Of a DNA stretch of 64,000 nucleotides, positions 40,771 through 52,734 are shown piece after piece. The notes under the pieces were generated by a model. It ran no database searches and had not been told where the DNA came from. It was given only the letters and a program-made list of their open reading frames with translations. Each line of letters starts with the position of its first letter. Positions within the stretch are counted from its first letter, which is position 1. The translations under genes and the position numbers were made by a program. Origin of the DNA: Octopus bimaculoides (taxonomy: Eukaryota); assembly GCF_001194135.2 (NCBI RefSeq), contig NC_069004.1, positions 2,018,934 through 2,082,933 of the forward strand, written 5' to 3'.

Positions 40771-43769
40771 AGAATGCTAAAGCTCAATTGTGCCACACTG
40801 TCCCCGTTCATACAACCGACTTATCTCCAAACCAGCAGACAAGAGGCAGCCACAGCCGACCTGCTCTCACACCCACACCATACTCCACCTCAACCACCAC
40901 CACCCCACCTCATAGGAATGAGTGTTTATAGAATTATCAGCAAGTGGGTCAGAGTGTGGGGGGAGTCCTTACTAAACCTTTGACTAAACGGATTTACACA
41001 TGCTGCAATTTTTAACAAGTCATTGGTATCTAGAACCAGCAATACAGTAATTCATTATTACATTTCTTTTTTTATATTCGTTTAAAAAGCAAATGCTACA
41101 TTTCTGAATCAAAGCTAAATTTCAGCACCTCAATTACATTACATTAACTATGTTATCTTAAGAAAAGAACAAAACAAAAAATTTCTTTCAACAAAAATAT
41201 ATACAATATATAGTTTTTCAATGAACATATTTATGTTTGTGGAACAGGCTAACAACTGTTTATTTCCAAGTCAATTAAATACATGTTAAGATGACACACC
41301 AACAGCAGTAGTAGTCTCACTCACATCAACATCCATTCCTAAAAGTGCATAATTATCTCTTTTTTTTTTTCCAAGCAATATACAGAAAGAATTACTGAAC
41401 TGATTGTAGCAACATTTTTGCCGACATCGCTTCAAAGAACTTATAGTAAAATGCTGGACTTGAAGTTTCTATTTTATTTAATTTAAGAATGAAGGCCTAT
41501 ATTCATGATATTCTAAGGTACAGCAAAACAATCATTACAAAATGAGCTTTTACTGTACATTATAAATATCCTTTGTAAATCACTGAACGTAAAAGATAGC
41601 GGCTTATTTGAGGACAAATGTATCTTATGTTGGAAACCTAACTTAAGGTCCACCACATTTGAAAACAATACCAAGCTACATTTATTCTTCAAGGATAGCT
41701 GAAGCCCCGCTTTCCTATTTTAAAAAAAAACCCATTCTGAAACTACATTAATGACTATTATGTCTATTAAAAACAATGAGTCATGAAAGATTTGATTAGA
41801 TAAATATATCGTCTAGTATACACAACTGAGACAGTATTAAATTAAAAATAGCTGTGTGTGTGTGTGTCATAATGTATAGAAACGGTTGATAGGTCAGTTA
41901 TTGTGGCATTTGCCCACAAGTAACCTCTCTGATAGAAGTACAATGTTCAAAAAATAAATAACAGAGGGAGATGAAAATTTATCCCAGTGGTGGCCAGCAA
42001 GAGACACAATTGCATTTCAGCTTTGTTGGGGCTTTTCAATAGCATGTTCTTGCAGTCAGATACAGGAGAAATTGAATAAACCATTCACTGATGTTGTGAA
42101 TTGCTGCCCAGTTGAAAAAAAATCCTACATATGCAATTGAGATAGTATTAAATTAGAACAGTCATCTATACATCATACATAATGTATACATAGACATCCA
42201 TTTTAAATGTACTGCATTTACTAGACTGGTAGGTTTTGTTTTCTTTCTTTTCAGTTTAATTAAAGCAATGGAAACAGTGAAACATTTACACAAGTTATTT
42301 TCTCAATGAACACAGATTAATATTTAAGGATTTCTTACATAGACATGAGGTTTCACAAAGATAGGGAAAAGTTTATTTATGCCTTTCGAAAAACATCGTC
42401 CCTGGCTACTACCACTGCCTGTCACTCAAAATGATCTTTAGTACTTTCCACTCAAACCATAAGGCACAAAGACTGAGGTCAAAATGGGCAGATCAGAGCA
42501 GTATTCTGAAAACTTCAAACCATATTACAGCCAAAACTACACTTGCTACAAAATGTGCTTTGCCAACAAGATTCCATTCTTAAATGAAAATCGAGTAAGA
42601 GTATCCAACCAAGAAAGCATTTGTCATCACAGTAGGCAAATATTCAAATGAAGAACAACTTGCTTATTATTCTTGTTAATATAGGAGAATGATTGTAAAA
42701 CACTTTCGCTAATGAATTGGTAAAAGAAATCACAGCAGAATATGCAGAATTGTTACATGTCACACAGACAAAGAAAGAAGTCACACATGATTAATATATG
42801 ATATGGAAATATTTTTTTTTTTCCTAATACAATACAATTATTTTTAAAAATACAGTAATGGTATAAAAACTGGTTGTATTTACATGGGGCAGTTGCTTTC
42901 CTAGAAAATTATTTTAATGTAAACTCCAATGGAACATCTTTATGAGGAATTGATCTGAAACGAAACAACAGCAATAATAAAAATAAGCAGGCAAAATATT
43001 TGTCTCAAAGCTGTGAGATAATGGCAGACTAATCCATGACAATGTGAATAAATAAACATTATGTGTGACAGAGTAATCTGAATGCTAAAAGGGTTTAAGA
43101 CTAGCAGAAGACCTAAACAAGGGAGACTTTCAGTATTTGGATGGCAGCCTGTCAGCAATCTGTAGCCACACTTGATTATCAGCAGCTGCAGAGTTTGTTC
43201 TGAACTGAAGATGACCCCAGAGTGGCAATGTTAAGTCAATGATTTAAAAAGAACAATCATTGTTTAACAAAAACATTTAATATACTTTGGTTGCATAACA
43301 AAATACGTTGTCCCTACAGGTCATTTATATTTACATACCTGAGTAACCCTATGATCAAAGCAGTCTAGCCATGACCTACCTAGCATATTTTCAAACAGAG
43401 CATCTAAATTGTTTTCCTTTCTTTTTATTTTTTGTTTAAGACGATAGAGTCCAGCTCGAGGAGAATCTGACTGCTCTTTCTAGCAGGTTGAGCAAATCGT
43501 GCATTGTTGGCAACAGATTTGAGTAAATCATTAAGGTTAATCACCGTAGAGCCACTGCAATTGCCACTGCAATGAGATAATTGCCTGAACCGATTCAGGT
43601 CAGGCAATCAGCTTAATTTTTTTTTTTTTGCAAATATTTGTTTGATAAGCAATTGTGGCTGGAAAACTTGGGCAACCAGTCAATGTATGAAATGAAAGGA
43701 GAGAACAGAGGAGAAATTCTATTTGAAAAAAACATCTCTCTAGCGTGAAACATCTGCAACAGCTTATCT

Positions 43770-44135
43770 TTTTACTTGTCTCAGTCATCATTAGACTGCG
43801 GCCATGCTGGGGCACCACCTTCAAGGTGTTTAGTCAAACAAATCAACACCAGTACTTATTCTAACAGTTTCTAAGGCTGAACTAGTAAGTTACAAGGACA
43901 TAAACAAACCAACACCAGATGTCAAGCAGTGGAATGGAGGGAAACACACACATACACACATATATATATATATATACTAATAGGCTTCTTTCAGTTTCAG
44001 TCTACCAAATTCTCTCACAAGGTATTGGCTAACTCAGGGCTACTGTAGAACACACACTCCCAAAGTGCCACACAGTGGGAATTGAACCTGAAACCATGTA
44101 GTTGTAAAGCAAGCTTCTTAACCACACAGCCAAGA
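43770..44135 (-). repeat. Composite SINE, same family, reverse orientation
   Basis: Reverse complement of the 15237 architecture. Further partial copies at about 10925, 28505, 32075, 36040 and 52735. Confidence 0.8.
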
Positions 44136-44677
44136 CTTCCAGTAGACCAAAATGGAAGAGTATAACAGAGCCGTGGGCAATGTATTTGAGGGAATAGTCC
44201 AGTTACTAAGCACTTAACTTAGCTGAAGCTCTGATTGTGTAATCTTATCAGCAGGACTGAAGCAGGTAGATTTAACATTCTTAGCAAGAGTGTAGGGAGA
44301 CAGAAACGACTGTGGATGTTAAAGCACACTCTAATAATGCATTTTGCAAGTTGTTATAAACAGGATATTTTGAAAAGAAACTGTAGCTAAGCTGATACCG
44401 TTCTCTATCCACTTCAATTCCACTGACAAATTCAAATTTTTAAGGGAGCTCCAAGCTCCTCTTTGCACTCAGAGGTTTCAATCAGTAGTTATCACTCGGT
44501 GCTGTTTGTATTACAAATCATAAGTGGGAGTGCGAGGTTTAGGTTTTCCCCATTTAGTTAAATGAATTAGATGTGCTTTCATAGTGTAGCTCAGGTTTCA
44601 AAGTTGAAATCTCCAATGACTTTTGTTTAAACATAATTGAAATGCTCTCTGTGATTTTGCAGTAGATAATTCTTTCA

Positions 44678-44842
44678 TGGAACAGTGGATCTCAAAGCAC
44701 ATGAATTATAGCATTTACATACTGGTTTGAAAACCCTTTTTCAAAGGCTTCCCATGGAACACAAACCCACAAAAAGGGTTTTCAATTCAATGTTTACACA
44801 ATGTTACTCATAGCTTTATGTGCTTCGAGATCCACTGTTCCA
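44678..44842. mobile_element. Palindromic MITE-like element
   Basis: 25-bp outer inverted repeat with 1 mismatch (44678-44702 / 44818-44842) and a perfect 15-bp inner inverted repeat (44727-44741 / 44771-44785). Confidence 0.75.
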
Positions 44843-44924
44843 AAAAGGAAGTATTTCACCCTCTCTTGAAAGTTAATAAATTCTTAAGATGTCTACAGTA
44901 GATAGTTTATAATATTGTACACAT

Positions 44925-45240
44925 TTTAATGAAGCACATGTAGCTTTTTCATGCCTATCCTAGAGTGAAAGTGAATGTTGCCGGCATTCATCAGGTTATT
45001 TCCGGTTTTGAAACTGACAATTCTGAAACAAGTTTGAACTGAATAAAAATAGAGGCATGAGCTGAGGTTAATAAATGTGTAATCACCACAACAACGGATT
45101 ATAGAGCAAACTCTTTAGTTATCTCAAAGTACCAGGAATATATATATATAGTTGATTCTCTAGCCAAGGCAAAGGGTACATATTTGGTTGAGATATGAAC
45201 TGGACTGACTTCAGAAAGGATTCCATATTCAATCTCCCAG
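44925..45240 (+). repeat. Unclassified interspersed repeat, copy 1
   Basis: Shares CCTATCCTA-AGTGAAAGTGAA...TTCCGGTTTTGAAACTGACA...GAGGTTAATAA with 47918-48215. Confidence 0.7.
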
Positions 45241-45719
45241 CAAAGGTAAGGACAGTATATATTTAGTTGAGATATGAAGTGAACAGACCCCAGAAGGCTG
45301 GCTGCAGTTAATGGTGACCCTCACCCCTTAATGTAGTTCACTATTTGCATGTAAAAAGTTTAATTTTCTGAGTAGGAAGGCAGCAAGGTAGCAGAATCGT
45401 TAGCGTACAAGACAAAATGCCTCGCAGCATTTTTTCCAGTTTTTTCTGAGTTCAAATTCTGCTGAGGTGGACTTTGCCTTTCATTCTTTCAGGGTTGAGA
45501 AAATAAGCATCAGTTGAGCACAGAAGTCAATGTAATCAACAAAACCCTCCTCCAAAAGTTCAGGCCTTATACCTATAGTAAAAACGTCTTATGAGCAGGA
45601 AAGCAACATCTGTCACTAGTTGATGGGTGCAAACTATAGGTTTCAGATCAATGTTTTTCCCTTTAATTGTTGGTATAGGTTGCACAAAACCCTCCCGTTT
45701 TGGTGAAAAGAAAATTCTT

Positions 45720-46170
45720 TCTATGTGTAAAGAGCAGACCATATGATGCATGTGTGTCTGAAGTGTGATGTTACATGATAATTAAATATGGACACTGAAT
45801 GTGAAGTATTTGAGAAGGCTGGAAAGAAACGAAGTGAATATGTTCTGCTGAATGTGTAAAAATTAATGTGTATGAACAACAGAATGAATGAGCTGTGAGA
45901 AGCCACAGTTCATGTGGACATGAGGCATATGAAGGATGACAAAAAAAGTGCCAAGTAATTAAGGTGAAATACAACTGCAAAAGAGGATAATCTCAGGATG
46001 CTGAACCCCACGAAGGAGATAACAATGAGTTGAAAGAAGTAGCGAGACACTGTGCTAGAGAAGCTCTGCCCAACCAATACAAACATAGGAACCTAGCAGT
46101 GAGGTGAAGACAACGAGTGCGGCCAAGCTACAGAAGTTAATAATAGAGAAGACTTACAAGACAACTTCCA
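45720..46170 (+). mobile_element. Decayed RTE LINE 3' relic
   Basis: Nucleotide similarity to the 19400-19520 copy (LERNE...M..MC region). CpG-decayed, with stops. Confidence 0.55.
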
Positions 46171-47489
46171 TATCTTCACTGCCACAACCAGATTGTGACA
46201 TCTCCATTGAAGTTAGAATACTTTTGTACAAGTCTGTTGTTGTCTTTGTGACTGTCTTGTTTATAATGGGGTGTTACTCAAAATCAAAAATGCTGTCCAC
46301 TAGTCAATGATTAATCCCTAGATAATACACATTTCCTCTCCAGCACAAACAGAAGCATTGGCAGAAAGCCAATTCTTTATTCTTCACCAAATGAAAATTA
46401 ATACTTATAAAGAGATTTTAATTTTTACTTCTTATTGGGTGGAAGCGTGTGGCCTAGTGGCTAGGGTTTTGCACTTATGGCTACAAAATCATGGTTTTTA
46501 ATTCCCAGACTGGCAGTGCATTGGGTCCTTGAGCAAAACACTTCATTTTATGTTGCTTCAATTCACTCAACCATAAATAACCCTGTAATGGAATGGAAAT
46601 TTGTTCAAGGGGATGCCATCATTTGAAAGCTGCAATGCGAAAAAGCGCATTGGGATCAGCAGTGTACAACAACATCTGATAGCCTGGTTGATACAGTGAT
46701 TAGGGAAATTAAAGTGAAAATTCCAAAAATAGAAGCTTTACCTAGAATTGAGAGGCCTTAAGGTAAACTTAGTGAAGATGAAAATTTTAATACGTAGGAA
46801 AGAAGACAGTCCTGGTATCTCCAGGAAAGTCATGGATACACAAGAGGTGTTAGTGGAATCACAAGTAGACTAACAGAGTTTCATTTGTGTCTGAGTGGAC
46901 ACCTCATCACGATTTTTATATCTTTCCAGTTCCAACCCGTTCACTCCCACCCTCTCTTCTAAAATGTGAATTGCTATGTAACTCTTCTGCAGCAAGAAAC
47001 CTGCTCTGCTCTGGCCCCATCTCTCATACTTCAGCCCCTCGCTTGCTAGCCTAAATCCACTTCCCTCAGGGTTCATTGTCTTGCAAACTACATGATGACC
47101 TCATTAGTGCTGGTGCCATGACAAAAGCAACCAATACACGTTGTAAAGTGGTTGGCGTTAGGAAGGGTATCCAGCCATAAAAACCATGCCAAAGCAGACA
47201 TTGAAGTATGATGTAATCCTTGGACTTGTCGGATCTTGCCAAACCATCTAACCCATTCCAATATGGAACATGGACGTTAAATAATGATGACGAAAATGAT
47301 AATCAAAACCACGACCCAGATGTTACGATATGAACAGGACTTATAAGGGGGGAGGTTCAGCTGATACATTAGTCTGGGCCCGGAGCGCCAAGAACGGGTT
47401 AGTAACTATTTGTGGGGCCCCTCCCAAACAAAAACAAAAAAAGAATTCCTGCCTTCCGGGGCTCGAAAACAAGTCTTGTTCCGCCTTAC

Positions 47490-47545
47490 TGGAGAAATCC
47501 TGCAGTCTTTAAACGAGGAAGAAGTTGCAAAGGAATGTAATATGA
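47490..47545 (-). other. Candidate non-coding 5' UTR exon of PPP6R3-like gene
   Basis: Acceptor TTATTTCTCCCCGCCCCCGTCAG and donor CCA|GTAAGG around a 56-nt segment in a CpG-rich patch. Confidence 0.45.
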
Positions 47546-47917
47546 CTGACGGGGGCGGGGAGAAATAAGGACCTAAATATGAACGGAAAGGAAGTTGCTG
47601 AGGAACGAGATAAGAGTGACGGATAGAGGAAATTTGTTCAACGAGAATATGAAATATACTACAGGACTAACAAATAAGTTCACAAAGCAGTAAACCATTA
47701 AAATAATAATAATAATAATAATAATACGTAAGAGGAAGCATGAAGACTAGTTCAACAGAGGGGAAGATTGGGAGGTGGGATGGAAAAGCATCTCATTTAA
47801 GTGAATTGGATGCGTTCTTGGAGAATTATTTAACTTTCGATGCCAAAATCCCAAATGACCTTTGTGAAATGAATTTGAAATGGTTTAAATAATTCTACAG
47901 TGTATAATTAATGACCC

Positions 47918-48215
47918 TAAACGTTTTAATGAACCACATTTAGCTTCTTGCTACCTATCCTATAGTGAAAGTGAACATTGCTGGCAGTCGTCGGAGGTCA
48001 CTTCCGGTTTTGAAACTGACACTTCTGAAAGAAGGCCGAACTGGACAAAGTAGAAGTATGAGCCGAGGTTAATAATTATGTAATCACTTGCAATAGATTA
48101 CGGTGGAAACTGAACAGTTATCTTATTTCAAGTATGAGGTTACATACCGACAATCTTCCAGCCAAAACAAAGGGTTGATCGAGGAAGACCTCGAAAGGGA
48201 CTCCACACTGGCTGT
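47918..48215 (+). repeat. Unclassified interspersed repeat, copy 2
   Basis: Direct-orientation homologue of 44925-45240. Confidence 0.7.
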
Positions 48216-48744
48216 GTGTTAATAATGTTTAACCGCCACTAGACATGACAATAATATAAAGTCTAAGCATTGTTGCTATGTCAATTGAGTAGAGAGCCAT
48301 TTTGAACAAGGAGAGGTTTTAGAATAAAGAGATCCATCTATCGACATATACCTAAATGTATATATAGATCCATTCATGTCTAGTTACGAACTATTTAGCA
48401 ATTGAAGAAATATCAAGTTATATATTATTGTCTGCAGTAGCTTATGAATCCGATGCTATCATCCATGTCAAGTAACTTGTTAAAGCTTCAGGTGAATGGA
48501 GAAACGTGAAACCCGTCAACATCAAAAAGGAAACAAAAAAAAAAATAATCACCGTTGTTAGTAGATATAAAAAGGCAATCACTAAACGACGGTGACATAT
48601 CGGTGATTATGTCTTCATTACTCAGGGTGGATAACGTAATAAGTTACTCACATACACACACACATATATATATAATACTTTCTCTTTTACATGTGTATAT
48701 AAATGCGTATGTCTGTATTAAAATCTGTGTCATTAGTGTTTGAG

Positions 48745-48745
48745 C

Positions 48746-48797
<52 letters not shown>

Positions 48798-48831
48798 CGT
48801 GTGTGTGTGCACACGCATAACTATCATATGA

Positions 48832-48865
<34 letters not shown>

Positions 48866-48993
48866 GTGTGTTAATAGTGTGTATATATACAGTATGTGTG
48901 CGTGTGTTAGTAGTGTATATAGTGTGTGTGTGTATGATTATGACTGTTTTACGTATATGTATGTGTGTGCGTGTATATATATGTATATATGTG

Positions 48994-49056
<63 letters not shown>
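48745..49056. repeat. Compound (TA)n/(TG)n microsatellite block
   Basis: Seen directly. Confidence 0.95.
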
Positions 49057-49259
49057 CAGGTACACGTCCAGTAACATCCACATATGTGGTGCACGAGGCG
49101 ATCTATATACACTGAAAGTGTAATCGGGAGGATAGCAAAATTTTATAAAACAAGAACTAGATCAATACATTAAAAAAAAAAAGCAATAACTACAAAAACA
49201 ACAACCAACGGTGGCCAAGAAAGACAAGAGACAGAGACACAGAGAGACACAGATTGCAA

Positions 49260-49600
49260 TTTACGCTGCAAACATAGAGAGGAGGGGGAGGCCATTGGTT
49301 AAAGAAAACATGAAAGTTGAATAAGAATTAAGTATCAGCAGCGAACCTGTATGTAATATTCCGCAGGATATCTGGACATGTTGAATAAAGTGTTGATCGG
49401 CTGGAGCAGGCATTCCATAGAAGTGAAGTTATGAGGCGGGAAAGAGTCCAAAAAAAAAAACAATGTGAAAGCTTCGACAAAATGGCGAGTAAGAGAGAAG
49501 AGAGGAACAGGACAGTGGCGAGATTAACGTCGGGATTCTCGTCGTTACGACGATAGAGAGGCAGAGAGAGAGGGAGGGGGAGGAAGTCACGCTTGTGAGT
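49260..49600. promoter_or_regulatory. CpG-retaining promoter-like region with YY1-type motif
   Basis: CAAAATGGCG at about 49478-49487 (CGCCATTTTG on minus) next to a minus-strand polypyrimidine run. Many CpGs, flanked by GA/TG repeats. Confidence 0.4.
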
Positions 49601-52242
49601 TTTTTTTTGTTTTTTGTTTTTTTGGTGAGGGAGAATGGGAGAGAAAGAGAGAAGAAAAGAAAAAGAGTAAAATATGAAAGGGGAAAGAAAGGGAGATAGC
49701 GTGTGTGTCTCTATGTACGTATGTGAGAGAGAGAGAGAGAGAGTGTGTGTGTCTCTATGTATGTATGTGAGAGAGAGAGAAAAGATATAAGGAAGTATGA
49801 GGAAGACTATTCTATCTACCTTTCTATCTGTCTATACACTCACACACATATATATATATGTGTGTGTGCGTATGTGCATTCGCGTGTGTGTGAGTGTAAC
49901 CTATGCAGTGGATATTATATTATTTATATAGGAAGTGCGTTTGGTTAGGGAGGAAAACTTAATACGTAATGCAGACTATTCATAACTTTTCTAATTGGTT
50001 GAAAATACTATAGTAGTTGCTTAAGGGAAAAGAGTTTCATTCCGAGACAGTTATGTATATATTCATGTGTGTGTGTGTGTGTGTCTATGTAAGTAATCAC
50101 CATTATGATTTAACGTCCATTGTCTATGCTGGCATGGGTCGGATGGTTCGACAGAAACCTCCAAACTAAAGGACTATGATGAGCTGAGGAACTCCAATTT
50201 TCTTCGGTATTGTTTCTATGGCTAGATGCCCTTCCTGGCGCCAATCCCTTTACAAAGTATTCTGGGTGCTTTTTCGCAGCACCAAGTAACTTACAAGACA
50301 AACCCCTTTAACTCAGTGGGTGTGTAGAATTGAGGGAGGTGGCTTTATGCCAGGAATTGAGGGGTTGAAGTAGGATAGAGGGGTCAGGAAACAGGTGTCT
50401 TACAGCTGAGGAGATATTTGGATACCCCAACTGGAAAGCAAGAGATACGATAGTGGTGATGAGGTGTCAGGTTGTACCCTCAAGTTAAATGAGGGTTAGT
50501 ATAAGAGAGAATTTTTAGGGGGTATTATTTTACATCTTTCTTTAAAGCACAAACACTAAGCTTTTTTATTGAAAAGAAACAAGAAGACTGTAGTGAATCC
50601 ACCTTTTTATCCTGTGGTTGCCTTGCTTAAGATGGGCAGCAGCTGATCAGTTGAGTAAGAATGGCGACAAAACTTGGAATCCATAACTGTTGCCTCTCAT
50701 TTTGTAAGAAGATACTTCATCTTTGTTCCAGAAAGCTACAGCGTCCTTTCAATGTTGAGAAAGAAAAAAGGAGTAAAAAAAATAAGGACCGTGTGTGGCC
50801 ATAAATCTGTAGCATAGCTGGAAGGAGCATAAAGGTGGCCCACCCTGAATAATACTTTTATGGGAGCAGCACTTTTAGGTCTGCTGTATAAGCCTGTATA
50901 AGGGGTGGGGATTGCAAGCTCAAGTGCCCCAGGTTACACATACTCTAGCTATACCACAGCCATACAGTAAGACTTTCCTGTAGTCAGGTCTTCTTTCCTA
51001 CTTAGTAAAAAATTTGTCTCTGCTAAGTTTATAACAAAGTTACAAGCACACGTTTTTATCTAACATTTCAATATAAAAGTAGAATCTATTTTATCATATT
51101 GCATTTCTATTTGATGGATTGATGCTTATTTTAGGAGTAAATACTTTCATGGTTGAATGTTCTTCCTCACCCACACAACCATGAAACAGCAATTGTACTA
51201 AATTTCATGGTTGAGTGGAGAACAGAGGCAAATAAAGTAACAGCCCCAGTTGTGAATACGCTACAGTGGTGACAGTACACTCTCTTGAACTTTGCTTTCT
51301 ACGTGATGCTTGTTTCAGTCACAGGACTGCAGCCATACTGGAGCAACACTTTCAAGGGTTTTGTCAAGCAAACCAACCCCAGCAATTATTGTTTTTAGTG
51401 ATTAAGGTAAACCCTCTGAAAACACAGCCATAACACTGTACACGGGAGTTTTGTAAGCAACTGGGATAAAAAAAAACAACAACAAAAATTGTTGCAACCA
51501 TAACAATGAATATCATGTCATCTTATATTCTATATTATGATATTTTTCTATGACAATACTATTTTACTATATAAAAAAAATTAGGCTGCAGAGTAATTAA
51601 AATGAATTTTGAATAAATATTATTGTATCCTGTGTAGGTGCGTAGCTTAGTGGTTACGGGTGTTGGTTCGTGACCGTCAGATTGTGGTTTCGATTCTTGG
51701 ATCGAGTGACGCATTGTGTTCTTGATCCAAACACTTCATTTCACGCTACTGTAGTTCATTCAGGTAGCAAAAATAAGTATTATGGTGCAATTGCGACAGA
51801 CCTGGCAAACTGGCGAGGAATGGTGAACCTGCCTAAAAAAAGAAAAGAAAAAAAGACAAATAGAAGGGAACTTCTGGACTGACAGTCCATAGAGCTACTG
51901 TGGTGTTGAGTAAAAGAAAGCTAAAAATAAATGTATTCTGGTTTTCGAGCTGAACGTTCGACTCCAAAAAATTTAGTGCGAAAACTAGTTTATAAATGGC
52001 ACAAGGGAAATAACTCTAGAGTATAACTAGAGCGAATGTATATATATTTTTACGTCAGATTCCAAAATTCTAATCGCTCTGATAATGGGTAATATTTCCA
52101 TCGAAAAGATCGATTCGATTCTTATATGAATGGACACGGAAATTTCCCATGGCCGTTGTATTATATTATCTCTTTTCTAGAGCGGTGTTATTCATTGGTT
52201 GCCAAGCTTTGGAACAAACACAAAAACATACATACATACATA

Positions 52243-52464
52243 AACGAGAGGTTGTTCAACATTTCCAGGCTTTAGGGGTATCGTGAAAAGCCTGCTTGGA
52301 GGCCCAACCTTCCGAGTTCTTTTACAGGGCGTAGAAAAAAATGAAGGACCGCTGCAATAAGTGTGTGAATCTGAGAAGGGAATATGTTGAATAAAATCAT
52401 AATTAACTGATCCTCCTGTATTTTCTTTTACCCAAAGCTAGGAACTTTTCAGCACTCCTTCGTA
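52243..52464 (+). mobile_element. Mariner-derived MITE, copy 1
   Basis: Right TIR GGAACTTTTCAGCACTCCTTCGTA, degenerate left TIR. The interior encodes a mariner C-terminus (FYRA*KK...NKCVNLRREYVE*). Confidence 0.75.
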
Positions 52465-52476
52465 TACACACACACA

Positions 52477-52694
52477 CATGAGGGAGCACTGAAAAGTTCC
52501 TGACTTTAAGGGTGTTGCAAAAGGCCTGGTTGGAAGCCCAACCTTCCGAGTTCTTTTACAGGGCATAGAAAAACTGAAGGGCTGCTTCGATAAGGGTGTG
52601 AATCTGGAAGGGGAATATGTCGAATAAAATCATAATTCACTGATCCTCTGGTAATTTCTTTTACCCCAAACCAGGAACTTTTCAGCACTCTCTC

Positions 52695-52697
<3 letters not shown>
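52477..52697 (+). mobile_element. Mariner-derived MITE, copy 2
   Basis: TIR pair ATGAGGGAGCACTGAAAAGTTCCTG ... CAGGAACTTTTCAGCACTCTCTCAT. Interior clearly homologous to copy 1. Confidence 0.85.

Positions 52698-52734
<37 letters not shown>

Noticed and set aside
48687-49115. ORFs rich in YI/CV/HT dipeptides (also 7281-7596, 3290-3493)
   Set aside because: Translations of dinucleotide microsatellites.
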